Assembly: GCA_905178155.1 (NCBI GenBank)
Contig: CAJINV010000001.1
Coordinates: forward strand, 4,754,747-4,818,746
DNA from: Amoebophrya sp. A120
Lineage: Eukaryota > Protista > Dinoflagellata
Direction: 5' to 3'
DNA length: 64,000 bases
Below are positions 13,620-26,316 of this stretch, piece by piece. The position numbers and the translations under genes are program-made. The notes below the pieces were generated by a model, which saw only the letters and a program-made list of their open reading frames with translations, was not told where the DNA came from and did no database searches. Position 1 is the first letter of the stretch. Each line of letters begins with the position of its first letter.

Positions 13620-16600
13620 ATGGCCGAAACAGAGGAAAATACTGCTGTCGTCGAAGAACAAGCCCCAGCGCCTGCTGCGGAAACCGTAGAGGAGGCTGCT
13701 GCAGCACCCGCGGTCGAAGCGGCTGAGCCCGCGGCGGAAGAAACCACAGCTGCGGACGCTGCACCGGCCGCGGAAGTGGGCGAGGCAGAAGCTGAGGCAG
13801 AGGTCGCCCCCGCACCTGCGGAGGAGGCCGAGGCCGTTCCAGAAGCAGAAGCAGCCGTAGAAGAGGCCCCAACAGCGCCTGAAGAGGCGGCTGCCGCGGC
13901 GGAGGAAGCGCCAGCAGCCGAGGCAGCAGCGGTCGCAGAGGAACTGCCTCCTGCTGCTGAAGAAGCCACTGCTGCAGCTCCCGAGACCAAGGAGGAAGTT
14001 TCCGCTTCTCCGGCAGCGGATGAAAACGTAGAAGTTGAAGCTGCACCTGTTGCAGAAGCAGACATAGTTGAACCAGCGACAGAGGAGGCGCCAGTCGTCG
14101 AAGCCGCGGTTGAGGAGTCTACTGCTCCCGCTGCGGAAACAGAGGCTGCAGAGACTGCAGCTCCCGTAGAAGAGGGCGCTGCTGCCGAAGAACCGCAAGC
14201 TGCGGACGAACCGCCAGTTGCGGAAGAACCTGCCGTGGCTGCAGAGGAGCCCGCTGCCGTCGAAGAAGCGCCGGCTGCTGAAGAGAGCAGTCCCGCTGCA
14301 GCGGAAGAGAGCAGTCCCGCTGCCGCGGAAGAGAGTGCCACTCCTGCGGCTGAATCACCAGTAACAGAGACGCCAGCGGTTGCCGCTCCTGAAGAAGAGG
14401 TAGTAGCTCCGGCCGCGGAGGAACCAGCTGCGGAAGGCGACGCCGCTCCCGCAGAACCAGAAGTCGAAGCCACTGCTGCACCAGATGCGGAGGAAGGAAC
14501 CACTGCAGTTGCTGCGGAGGAGTCTCCCGCAGTAGAGGAAACAGCACCGAGTGCTGCTGCTGCTGCTGCTGACGAGGAGCCCGCTGCAACCGAGGAGCCT
14601 GCTGCAACCGTTGAAGAAGCGGCTGGTGAAGTTGTAGAGCCGGCTGCTGAAGCTGAAGCACAGCCAGCTGCTGGTGATGCTGCGGTGCAGGAGGAACAAA
14701 CCCCCGCCGCCCCGGAACAAGAGACCACTCCGGAACAAACCACGGCTCCGGATGAAACAACGCCCGTCGCTGCCGAGGAAACTCCTGCGCCTGCCGCTGC
14801 CGAAGAAATTACACCTGCAGCGGAAGAGGAACAAAAGCCGGCGCCTGCAGCGGACGAGGACGAAGACGCTGCGGAGGACAGCGAAGAGATTCCGGTCGTT
14901 CCGATGAACGCGGCTCTCGCGGGCTTTGCGCGGCGCAAACAGGAGGAGGAACGGTTAGAGGAGGAGGAGATTCCACTGAACCCTGCGCTGGCCGCCTTCG
15001 CGCGCCGACAAGCCGAACCAGGGTCCGAACAGGAGGAAAAAAGTGAGAACCAAGAGCAACCCAGTGAACAAGAAGGCTCTGCTCACTCCTCGGAGATGAT
15101 GCTGCCGCCGCCGGGCCCGATCAATCCAGCTTTAGCTTCGTTCGCCCGACGGAAGCAGGAGGAGGAACGGTTAGAGGACGAGCCGGTGATGATCAACCCC
15201 GCGTTGGTGAGTTTTTCGCAGCGCAAAACCGCCGGGGAGGAGGAAAGAATGAAGAAAGCGGAGGAGGAGATCGACGAACTGATGAAAGACCACATCAAAC
15301 CCTCGAACGACGAAACGTTGCAGGAGTCCCGCGAGGAGGCGCAGCGAACCGAGGCGGAGCTGACGCCGCCGCAGAAGACCCCCCCGAAGACGCCGCAGAC
15401 GCCCTTCTCCGGGTCCGACCGCCCGAAGTTATGGATTGCAAAAATGTCTGGGTCTGGAAAGAACTTGTAATGCTGCGTTGGGAATAATGAATGCGCTGTA
15501 ATGCACAGCCAAGCATGAAAAATGTCTGCGCTTGTTTGTGTTGCGTTTTTCGCATGACAGCACGACAGGCAAAAGGGTCTCTTCTTGGACACGCATCACA
15601 AACTTTTTGGTCATGCCAGACAAGCATGACAAATCTCGCAATCGTCCAGACCCCGACATATTTGCAATGCATAGAAGTCGCAGAAGAGTAACGCGACCAG
15701 CATGGGCAGCAGCGAGCGGAGTTTCAAAGCGAAGGAAAAGCTCCGGCTGATGGGCGGCACCATTCTGTATTCCGACATCGCGTCTTTGGTCGACGAGCGC
15801 TACAAATTCGCCACGCCGCGCACCCCGATCGGCGGCCCGCCCAAGGACGAGAATTTGGATCCCGAGATCGCGGACCGCGAGCGGAGGCGCGTGGAGGCGC
15901 ACCGGTTACGGAACATGGCGAAGGCCGCGGGGAGCCGGTTCAAGGCGGTGTCGAAGCTGACCTCCATGGGCGCAGCGCAGAGGAAGCCGAACATTCTGAG
16001 CATGCAGAACCACGGGAAAATCCGGGAGGCGGCGCTGGAGACGCAGGCGCACCTCGGCGTGTTGAACTCCGCGTTGTCGAACGAGGGCGGGGGCGTGCAG
16101 ATGATTTCCCAGATGCTGGAGGAGGAGCGGAGGAAAAATCGCGAAGCCGAAGCGTTGAACGACCCGGTCGTGCTGGCGCGCGCGGACTTGAGCAAGAAGA
16201 TCGCCACTTTATTGGAGGACGTGCAGTCGGAACTGACCTGCCGGGCCATCCGGTCGTTGAATGAGGCTTTGATCAAGGATCCGAAGGACAAAAAATCACT
16301 CTTCCGGAAAATTTTGATCGCCAAGGTGGGCAGTATCGAGAACATCATCAAAGCCTACGACAGCAACGGAAACGGCGACGTTTCCTACACCGAGTTCGAG
16401 GCGGCCACGAAAAAAACTTTATCTCAGCAGGAGATGGACACGTTTCTGCTGCTCGCCGGTGTCCCGCAACTGTCCCTGAAGCGCATTTTCGCCCTCTTCG
16501 ACGAGTCCGGCGACGGCACGATCGACACGATGGAACTGGTGGCGTTCAAGTCCACGGACATTGTGCAGGCCGAGTGGGTATCAAATGCAAAAATGTCTGG

Positions 16601-19021
16601 GTCTGGAAACTTGTGATGCTGAAATGTGCATGATGAAAACACTTCCGAATTCAGTCCAGCATGACAATTTCCCAAAGCGCTTTCTCATAGGCAATCTGCG
16701 TGAGAAGCTGCGTTTTTGCATGACAAAAGAGGCTGCGACTTTTGTTGGTTATGCAATACAGATTTCCCAGGAATGTAGAGCTAGCATTACAAGTTCCAAC
16801 CCTCCAGACCCAGACATTTTTGCAGTGCATAGTGGGAGAGCTTGTCCGTGATGCAGAAGTGGAAGCTCTACTGCAGCAAGACCGCCGGCTATGGAGAGAA
16901 AAAAGTTTGTCACAGTCACTACCTTGCAGGTTTTGCATTACAAATTTTTTCAGCATCACAGCTTTTCTTTGTATTGCATAAGCACTAGGGAAATCCCTCA
17001 TGAAGTTTGGCTGTGATGCATGTTTACGCATGACAGAAAATTTTGTATTGTAAAAATGCGCATGAGTGATCGTGACGAACTTTTTTTGTTTGATACCGGC
17101 TGGGAGAACCAGGGCGGGTTCGGGGAGCGCGCGGCGAAAAAGCGCGCGGACGTGGTCGACCGGGTGATGGCGCGGAACGCGGCCGAGGACCGCCGCGACG
17201 TCTCCAAAAAACGCATCCGCGAGCTGTTCCGTTTGGGCGAACGCAACACGTTCAAACTCGCCTCCTTCTTCCGCAAGGGCCTCAAGGGCAAGGAAATCGC
17301 GGAAGTCAAGCTGCTCGGTATAATTTTTGCTATTCATCGATTGTTTTTCGGATGTGAAAAATAGATTTGCACCTGTGGAGGTTGTATTTGGTTCGTCGAT
17401 TTAAGTATTGTAGTACTGGCATCGTTCATGTTCATGATAAGTAACAATGTTCCCCCGGCGCCGTTCAATAGGTGCCCTCTGAACGACCACGACGTCAAGT
17501 TGTGCTTTTGGTCGGGGTGTATCTGTATGTGCATGCTAATTAGTTTATTTGCAGAAACCAAAAGATTGCTGAAACCTATTCCTCTACAGACGCTCCGGAG
17601 GAATTGGCGTACCACAAGTTGCGGCACAAGAAGGATGATATGAACCGGCTGAAGGAGAACCAGAGGAAGGTCGAGACCGCCCTGAAGCACATATGGATTG
17701 CAAAAGTGTCTGGGTCTGGAAGGTTGGAACTTGTGATGCCAACTTTGGACTCTAAAAAATTCGGTATTGCATGACCAGCAAAAGGAGTCCGGTTTGTGCT
17801 ACGCGTGTAGGGCATTTGTCATGCGGAATAGGTACCAGGAAGGCCTCGAAAGATCTGCGATGCTAGGGCTTCCATGACAGACATTCTGTGTCATGCAAAA
17901 ACAGCATAACAAGTTTCGGATTCTTCCAGACCCAGACATTTTTACATTTGATAGCACATGACGGCCAACGACCGCCAGCTGGGTATTAGTCGCGAGGCGC
18001 TGCTGAAGGTGGTGCACGAGGAAGAGGAAGAGGAGGAGCAAAAGGAGGACGGCAAACCAATCGAGCAAAAGAGGCGGCCGCGGAAGGAACAGAAAACCGT
18101 GTCGATCGACGTCAAAATCGAGGGACTCAAGCAACGGTATAAATGAAAATGTTGACAGAGACAGACTGTGAGTGTAGTTCTGTGTAATGACGCTTTATGG
18201 TTTTGATTCAGACTGTGCCTGTGCCAAAGATAGTAAACGGAAATCTGTTTTTTACATTTCATGAGGAGGGATAAAACAAAAATTTCACTTTCGCAAAACG
18301 ATTCACTCAGGTACGCCGTGGATAACACGACGATGCTGCGGCAGGGGCGGCCCGGGCCAGAGGAGCTGCCGCACTTTTTTGAGCGCGACCGTCTGGTTTC
18401 CGAGAAGGAGATCGAGATTCGAGAGCTGGCCGCGGAGCACATATGCATTGCAAAAATGTCTGGGTCTGGAATGATGCAACTTGTGATGCTGCATTTCAGA
18501 ACACACGAAAATCTCTGATGCATAGGCAGCAAAAGCTGCTCACTTTCTGTCACCAAAATGGCGGATTTGTCATGCGGATTCGGCATTGCGGAAGCTTCTC
18601 GAAACCTGTGATGGTAGAGCTTCCATGCCAGAGCTTCTGTGTCATGCAGAAACAGCATGACTCTTCCAGACCCAGACATTTTTACATTTGATAGCACAAC
18701 ATGGCGATCAACGACGTGGACAAAATCCAGGTGGTCTTTGACTTTTACGACGAGGACGGCTCCGGGGAGATGGAGGCGGAGGAGTTTTTTCAATTACTAC
18801 ATGTCCTCACTGCGGGCGCGGAGATGACGGACAAGAAAAGGCAAGAATATTGGATGCAACTGGACGAAGACCGATCGGGTAGCGTCAACTTCGGCGAGTT
18901 CCTGCTCTGGTACTGGCGATCCTTCGGCGCGCCCACGGCCTCCAGCCTGCAGCACTCGAAGCGCATGATGCAAGCGGAGCGCGATCGCGTGGAAGCGGAA
19001 GCGAAGGCCGGCGCGGCTTAA
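13620..19021 (+). CDS. EF-hand calcium-binding protein with long Ala/Glu/Pro-rich N-terminus
   Basis: ATG 13620; frame restored across 5 introners and GT-AG introns 17318-17589 and 18137-18310. Four EF-hand loops: DSNGNGDVSYTEF, DESGDGTIDTMEL, DEDGSGEMEAEEF, DEDRSGSVNFGEF; TAA at 19019-19021. Confidence 0.85.
15430..15673. mobile_element. Introner family A (244 bp), TSD GAAGT
   Basis: TIR present; join reads RPK|SQKS; interior is the reverse complement of the 22317-22572 type. Confidence 0.95.
16579..16831. mobile_element. Introner family A (253 bp), TSD GTGGG
   Basis: TIR present; join reads AEW|ESLS. Confidence 0.95.
16890..17095. mobile_element. Introner, family C-like (206 bp), TSD CCGGC
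   Basis: TATGG..AAAAAAGTTTGTCACAGTCACT / AGTGATCGTGACGAACTTTTTTT..GATA; join reads KTAG|WENQ. Confidence 0.9.
17692..17953. mobile_element. Introner family A (262 bp), TSD GCACA
   Basis: TIR present; join reads LKH|MTAN. Confidence 0.95.
18442..18693. mobile_element. Introner family A (252 bp), TSD GCACA
   Basis: TIR present; join reads AEH|NMAI; interior very similar to 5574-5827. Confidence 0.95.
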
Positions 19022-19986
19022 CGAGGCCTGCGTGTTGTATTCGGGAGGAATTTGGAATTTTACATTATTTTTTTTGTTCAGCAATTTACGTATACGGTTA
19101 GGGATTTGAATTTCTTTGATTATGATTTTGAAAATGACATACAAAATTTTTTTTCTCATTATCACAAAACACATTTACAATAACTTTACAAGCAGCCACT
19201 TCAGTTCCTGAGTGACAGGGTGGTGTACTATACTTACATTCATTTTTCGCATGGTTTTCTGCGTTATTGTATCCTCGTAAAGGACGTTTTCGAGTCATTC
19301 CGAGCATTGCATTGTTTGTACCCCAAAATTGCTACTGCTTGTTTCACATTCCCCAACAGTTGTTTGTGGTGCGTCCACAAAAGGCGCCCCCTTGAACTAC
19401 TCGCGCACTCACTTTGCTCCCCACAAGATTTAAATTTTCATTTTTCGCCCGCATTATCTTTGTAATGCGAGAGCAAACCCCCGTGACATTCCTCCTGTTC
19501 ATTGGAAGTGATCGCATCCCGACTGCGAATCTGAATAAATTCTTTCTACAAGAACCCCCGCTAGATCTGAACAACATCTTAGCTACTTTTGGTTCTCGCG
19601 CACATCCATGATGATAATGTATGAAGGTCGAGTAGTCCAGTGTGTTCCAGCATCCAAATGATGCCCGTGATCCTGATCTGCTAGCTCTTCGCTGTGAAGC
19701 ATTGGCATACGTGGATCTTTTCTTCTGCCGTGGCTTGTCTTTTTTTCTTTTGGATCATGCTTGCATAGATCGGGCGTTTGCACGGTGAAGGTTGTTCTTG
19801 ATTTCGTGCCCAAAATAAAAGTGAAGGAGACACCGATCCGAAAAGCAAACTTTTTTCTTGATATCGAGCTCGAGAGATGACAGTGGGGTAAGAAACAAAA
19901 AGCGGTATCCACAACTTTTTTGAGGATCAGGTGTTTGAGAGAGTTCTATCGGGGTTCTGGAGCTGGTGTTTCAACAACAGCGAACT

Positions 19987-22666
19987 ATGATTACTATTCG
20001 AGGTTCTCTGGCGGGGCGACCTGCCCCGCAGATGGTGACGACAACTGCGCTATGTCGTGGTCGATACGGTGCACCTCCAGTGGGCGACACGGTCGTGGTT
20101 CCTTGGTGTAGTGCTACACGAGAGGCAAGCGCGTGTGAAGGCCCATCACGCAGCCCCTCTCGCTCTTCAGCCTCCTCGTCCAGCAGCTCCCGTTGTTCTA
20201 GAAGTGCAGCGAACAAAGGCTTATATTCCAATGCCACCCCCACCCCCAGAACCGCGCTTGACGCCGACCGCAGCCTGCTGGCTGCACCTTCTGCGGCGGT
20301 ATCGAAGTTGTCGCGCCGCTACTACAAAAGTTTTTCGAAGCCCCCGCGCTCCACCACGCCACGATGGGTCAAGCGACTGCTCTTGCTCAGCGAGAAGCTA
20401 CGGCAGCCGAGCAGCACGAAGATTGACCACTTCTCGGACGATCCAGCGAAATCCGCCGGCGCGCAGAACCAAGAGAAGCACATCGACCGATTGAAGCAGG
20501 TGGATGTTTTCACGGAGGAGGAGTGCTACCCGTATTGAAGGGGAAAATGGGTTGGTGTCGACGTAGCGCAGCTGCAAAAACGATAGAGTTAGATATTATT
20601 CTTTTTACCATTTTGCAGTACGTACGTAGATCTCCTGGTGCTTCGGCGCTTCGAGGTTTAGGGTCGGAACGTTCTCAGCACTGCTGAAGCTTAAGAAGAA
20701 AGGGGCGTGCACGCCCTGGCCTTCAGTCTGCTCTGCCTTTTATCTTTTTGACGATCGCTTTACAAATCCTCCTTCTTTGCTCTGCCTCTTGTTCCCCGGG
20801 CCCAACTGGCACCAAGCAGTTTTTTTTCCCCTCGGTTTAGGCTTAGGTAGGCCGCCACCGCCGCCGGCACGGGATGGCTGTCGTCGCGACCGTCTCACGT
20901 TCGATCTTCGCCTTCTCCTGCTGCACAAGTTCGATCCGGAAAGGGTTTAGGTTAGGTTACAGGGTTTAGGATATCCACTTTTACCATTTTGCAGTACACT
21001 AATTACGAGACACAGGCTGCAGCGTAGACAACATCAACTCCAACTCATTTTTCTTCCTTGAACACCGACCCGATGACAGTAGCAAGCACGTCCGAACGAT
21101 ACATCCGTTGCTTCAGAGCCAGCGCACCGGGCTGCTGGCGTACAAAATGGGGATGATGAATCTGTACGATGAGTGGGGCCAGCGCCACGTGATTACCGTG
21201 GCGAAGTGCGACCGACTTCGGGTGGTACAGAGCAAGACCATCCAATCGCACGGGTATTCCGCGGTGCAAATTGGGCTGGGGTACAAACCGGTGGAAAGAC
21301 AACGCAAAACGGAGCTGGGGCAGTTCATGAAAGCGGGCGTGGGCCCAAAGGACGAGCTGCACGAGTTCCGCGTTTCGCCCGACTGCGTCCTCCCCGTGGG
21401 GCATGCACTTTCGGTGCGGCATTTCGTTCCCGGGCAGTGGTGTTTTTTGTCCGGCATAAGCCGCTCGCGTGGGTGGCAGGGCGTAATGCGGCGGTGGAAC
21501 TTTTCCGGGCAGATGCGCGCGAACCACGAGAAACAGCACCGTGCAGCGGGTTCGGTGGGGGCGCAGGGCGACGGAAAAATTTGGAAGGGAAAGAAAAAGG
21601 CAGGTCACATGGGACCGGACCCAAGGGTCATGAATGTCAAAATCTTCCGGATCGACGCAAGGTAAATTCTAAGATGAATACTTCTGCGGTTGAGTTTTTA
21701 CATATGAGTCTACAACTTTTCAAGACTAAGAGAACTACCAGTTATACTTTGCAAAACTCTACTTCGGTACCTGCACATCAGATCTTTAAGTAATCGCCGG
21801 CGTGATAAACGAATAAACAATGTCTTTAAACCACACAACATTCCCTTCAGGCGGAACTTATTGTTTCTGAAGGGCAACGCGCCTGGAAAGATTGGATCTG
21901 TGATATCAAAGTGAAAAAAGCCCCCACCCCATATCGGAAGTGGAAGACGCGCGAATTTGTGATGCTGTATTTGAGTACACAAATCGACTTGTATTGCTAG
22001 AAGGCCAACAGACGAAGCTGCGGCCTAAATTGCAGATAATCTGTCATGCTGTTTCCCGCTTCCAGCTGCCTCCTGTCATCCTGGAGCTGCAAGGCTTTCC
22101 CACGCTAGACAGCACTACAGTCCGCATCTTTTGCCTTCTAGCATCACAAAGCTGATTTGTAACCACAAATCTGCATCACAGATTTCCGTTTTGATATGGG
22201 GAGGGGGCATTTTTCATTGTAATATGTGATCAAGATTTCGGACGCGCGGGGAAAGACGAGATTCAAGAATGCGCACATCCGGTTGCCGTACCCGACTTTT
22301 GTGCCCCAGACCGGGATATGCATTGCAAATATGTCTGGGTCTGGAAGAATGCAAGATTTGTCATGCTTGTCTGGCATGCCTGAAGAGTTTGTGATGCGTG
22401 TCCAAGAAGAGACCCCGCTGCCTGTCATGCAAAACGCAGCTTGTCATGCGGAATGCGTAACACTAAGCAGCGCAAATATTTCTCATGCTTGGCTGTGCAT
22501 TACAGAGAATTTATTACTCACAACTCAGCAACATCACAAGTTTTCCAGAGCCAAACATTTTTGCATTTGATTCGGGATCGAATACCCTGTCGTGGTCGAC
22601 CAGCCAGTCAGGCAATACGATCCATTTCTCTTCCCGGATCGCCCGATCTACCAGCCTTGGGACTAG
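19987..22666 (+). CDS. MRPL3: Mitochondrial-type 50S ribosomal protein uL3
   Basis: uL3 motifs RTGLLAYKMGM, YSAVQIG, GISRSRGWQGVMRRWNF, HRAAGSVG, KGKKKAGHMG, RNLLFLKGNAPG; Ser/Arg-rich N-terminal extension. Introns 20532-~21079/21082 (acceptor uncertain), 21662-21850 and two introners; TAG at 22664-22666. Start codon uncertain. Confidence 0.88.
20533..21064. mobile_element. Degenerate TIR element filling uL3 intron 1
   Basis: Starts TATTGAAGGGGAAAATGGGTTGG with imperfect inverse CCAACTCATTTTTCTTCCTTGAA near 21040-21062; internal 19-bp direct repeat and TTTAGG units. Right end approximate. Confidence 0.45.
21904..22224. mobile_element. Introner family B (321 bp), TSD TGTGA
   Basis: TATCAAAGTGAAAAAAGCCCCCACCCCATATC / GATATGGGGAGGGGGCATTTTTCATTGTAATA; join reads IGSV|IKISD in conserved uL3 sequence. 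Confidence 0.95.
22317..22572. mobile_element. Introner family A (256 bp), TSD CGGGA; right TIR slightly decayed (ends GATT)
   Basis: Join reads PQTG|IEYP. Confidence 0.9.
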
Positions 22667-23005
22667 AAATGATGGAAGCGTGGTGCTGAGCCTTCATCAA
22701 GCACGACTTCCTTGTGCATCAAACTGGAAAGGAGTTTACTGATGTAGCGAGGTGATCATGCGGAACAGAGCACAAAAATGCGAACTCGAACGCCTACGCA
22801 GTTGCGGTTGTGCATCTGTCTTTCATTTTCGTCTGGTGGAGCAGTTGACGGTAAAGGCATCGAATCGCGGCACAGCAAGTGTCCTTGCGAGGTCCCAATA
22901 CTCACTGCCTAGTGCAAATCATCTGCAAAAAGTTCCTGTTCGATATCCTCGGCAGTAAGTAGCTGCCGCTTCTTGTGAGTGGTTCTGTTTTCATTTCCCT
23001 CTGGT

Positions 23006-23220
23006 TGCCAGCTCTTTCAGCTGGTCCGGTGAGAGAAGCTTTTACTGGGCGTCAGCTCTTTCAGCTGGTCCGGGCTCCTGGTGCTGCAATCACCGTTAGG
23101 AGCATAAGGACTAAGAGCATAAGTCTTCGCTGCACTGTGCAGCTTCACCAGACGCGCACCATCAGAAGTGCGGAACTGGCGGGAGTGCTCGTGCTGCACC
23201 ATCAGAAGTGCGGAACTTGC
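23006..23220. repeat. Cluster of short direct duplications
   Basis: CAGCTCTTT(T)CAGCTGGTCCGG twice, GAGCATAAG twice, GCACCATCAGAAGTGCGGAACT twice (23156 and 23196). Confidence 0.7.
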
Positions 23221-23424
23221 GCGCTCGGGCGTACCATCTTGAAATGAAATGCATGAGCCGAAATGGATATGTTTGAGTCGTGTGCATGAGTAGGAGGAGC
23301 AGGAGCTGCTACGGAATCGATTAATCATCTTTCCACAATGGCCCAGTTGTAAGTACTTGCTTCTATCCACATGTTCCGTTGACCACGTGGTCCTCGTTGC
23401 ACTCGTCTGCTCCTGCGGGTGGCG

Positions 23425-24643
23425 ATGACAGGAAGGGAGGCGAAGTACGTCGACAGGAGCCCGGAAGTCCTGGGCCGGCTGCTTCCGCGAAGCAAGGTTC
23501 TTTGTTTGACAAGAAACTTGGGTTATTTCCTCTTCGCTGCGACCTCTGTTTTCGCCGCCGCGGCTGCCGTGGAGGATGATGTTGATGCTAGTAGCGTCAC
23601 CACCGTTCCAAAGAGCACGAACATCGTCTACGATGCCAGCAGCGCGGTCACGCGGGAACACCGGTGGGGAGCACAAGGCCGCAGCGGGCTCACCGTCTGG
23701 ATGACGGGCCTTTCTGGGTCGGGAAAAAGCACCATTTCGCGAACGGTCGAGAAGATGCTCTTTGAGAAAGGTACGGCACAGCTATACCTTGCTTGGAAGG
23801 AGAACAGCTGTGCGTTAAATATCGTTTCTGGTTATAATCTGGATAGTTTTGCATTTGCAATTATAAAAGTCGGAAAACAAGTTGAACACAGGATGAACCT
23901 GATGCTGATAAAGTGAATAAAACATGTTGGGCAGATGTCCTTGCCTACCGACTGGACGGTGATAACCTGCGTTTCGGGCTGAATTCCGATTTGGGGTTTT
24001 CCGAAGCGGACCGGACGGAGAACGTCCGGCGGGTCTCTATCAAATGCAAATATGCCTTGGTCTGGAAAGGCTGAACCTGTATTGCGTGTCGCGTATTCGT
24101 AAAAAATCTGTATTGCATAAGCAGCAAAAGCAACACATTTTCGCCATGCAAGTTCGCAGTTTGTAGCGCATGCTGCGCATGAGAAAGGGTTTGAAAAATT
24201 TTTCATTTTTCACGGCATTTAAAGGCGTGAGCAATCATGACCATTCAGCATTAACTCAGACATATTTGCATTTGATAGTCTCCGAAGTTGCGCAAATTCT
24301 CGCGGACGCGGGCGCGGTCGTGTTGTGCGCGCTGATCGCGCCGAACAAGGAAGACCGTGCGAGAGTACGCAAGAGCCACGAGCGGACCGGCATTCCCTTT
24401 CTGGAGGTGTTCGTGAACGCCCCGCTGCAGGAAGCAGAGAGGCGGGATCCGAAGGGCTTGTACAAAAAGGCGCGCGCCGGCATTATCCCGGGGTTCACCG
24501 GCGTGTCCGCACCGTATGACGTACCCGAGGCTCCGGATACGGAATTGAGAACGGATCTGGAGACAGTCGAGGAGAGCGCGGCGAAGTTGCTTGACGCAAT
24601 TCTGGAGAAAGTGAAGCTAGAACCGAAAAAGGACGAGCTGTAG
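23425..24643 (+). CDS. cysC: Adenylyl-sulfate (APS) kinase with N-terminal hydrophobic segment and C-terminal KDEL
   Basis: [14 protein letters not shown]-loop, [38 protein letters not shown]; GT-AG intron 23771-23934 plus introner 24038-24277. Start codon uncertain. Confidence 0.93.
24038..24277. mobile_element. Introner family A, degenerate (240 bp), TSD GTCTC
   Basis: Outer TATCAAATGCAAATATG / CATATTTGCATTTGATA is perfect, inner TIR decayed; join reads NVRRVS|EVAQ (conserved APS kinase sequence). Confidence 0.92.
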
Positions 24644-26316
24644 TTGTAACAGGTTTTATTCCCCCTGCTGGTCTTTATTTTGTCTGGGTCTGCGCATTTA
24701 AATCAGTATCGCCTGCTGGTTGCTGGTGTTGTTGGAAAAGAGGATCTTCCAAAATGAAATCGAGTAGAATTTAGAATCATGCGCTGCTCATGAGATCACT
24801 TCACATCACATCACAACACGACAGATCTTTCAAAAAACGAGTGAGAGAACACTGATCGGATACAAGCGTAGGGTGAAAATTTCTTGACGCGCCGCGAAAT
24901 ACCTTTCCTCACTTGCTTCGTTCCTGAAACCGGCATCAAGATCAGAAAATCCCGCCACTGCCAGAAATTTTGAATGAATCAAATATGTTCTGACTTGCGG
25001 CCAAATGAAATGTAAAGGATCCCACGATGGAAAGAATTGGAACGCGAAAAGACCTGAGATTCATTGTGATTGTATCGTTTATCGAAAAATTCAAATTGAG
25101 GTCGGCGAAATCAGATCATGTTTGAAGGATTTGCCTATAGTTTCGAACTCCCATCCAACATCAACAGAGGCGTTAGATCTCGATCGCCAGCTCTCGCTGA
25201 CTTATTTTTTGAAGATGATATTCACGTTTTCTATAACGGCTCTAAGTTTTAACTTTAAGGTTATCTTATGTGGATAACTACAAAAAGAGAACGAAGTGGC
25301 TGCTCCACCCTTTTGGTCTCGTGTAATAAATTTGACCGATGTCTTTAGACACTCACTTCTCTCAACTCAAGTTGGTTGCTACAGATCTCAACTTTATTTT
25401 CGTCGAGTCAATAATAAAGCACGAGCCCCTCAACAAGACCGCGAATTGTAATTTGAAAGCGAACTACAAAACACCATATGCCTCTTAAAAGATTTGGTTG
25501 TAGCAACCCGTTTTATCAAAGAATCTCTTGTCTAGTACCCGTTTTCATTTCATCATCCAGAAGAGTGATCTTCTGAGTGATGATTCGAGAAAGTAATTCA
25601 AAACACTAGAATTCGCAGTTTTGACCCCAATCAAAGTAGAACCGAATTAAGGTTCGATCAAAAGAGCTACTTACAAAAACGATTTCTAGTGCTGGCGCCC
25701 GCGATTCCTTCTTGTGTAGATTTTCAAAAGTTCTAGGTGTTTTACTAGACGACAACGCGTGTGAAACAAGTACAAGCCAAGAACAACAGAGCTAGCCGTT
25801 TCTTTGGGCCGACCACTACATGCAGCAGATATAAAGCATATTGAAAACCTCGGCCTTTATTAGTGCTAGAATTTTTTTCTCTCACTCCGTCGCTCGCGTT
25901 CTTTCGAGCGCGAGTCGGGATAGAAAAATGTAGAACCAAGAAGAAATTGTGTAGTGTTATAGATACATGTAGGCTTAACGTGGAAAAAATTTTTCAAACT
26001 TCTTCGCTTACTTTGGTTGGCATTGAACGAATCGTTCACAGAACACACCAAAAGATAAATCGCTGGAGGAAGCTTGAATACCGGTTTGAAGATAATCAAA
26101 CCATCAGCTAGAGTAGAAGTGCACTTTTCAGAGTTGGTTCGTTCCTCCGGGATTTATTTGACAGGTAGAAGCATACTACACCCTTTGCGTTTATTTCGCC
26201 TGTTTCGCAGTTCCGGGATATTAAAAAGTTTTCTCGCTGCTCCTGCCTTCCTCGACCGCAACTTTTCGCGTCTGCTGTAAAGCTCCGTCGTGTCATCAGC
26301 GACAGTCGAAAGGAGC

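Noticed and set aside
13604-14938. Long minus-strand ORFs here and at 462-1214, 3247-4350 and 55442-57049
   Set aside because: Antisense shadows of GC-rich or low-complexity + strand CDS.
23156-23220. CRISPR-like repeat-spacer-repeat
   Set aside because: Only two 22-bp units with an 18-bp gap, no cas genes, eukaryotic context.
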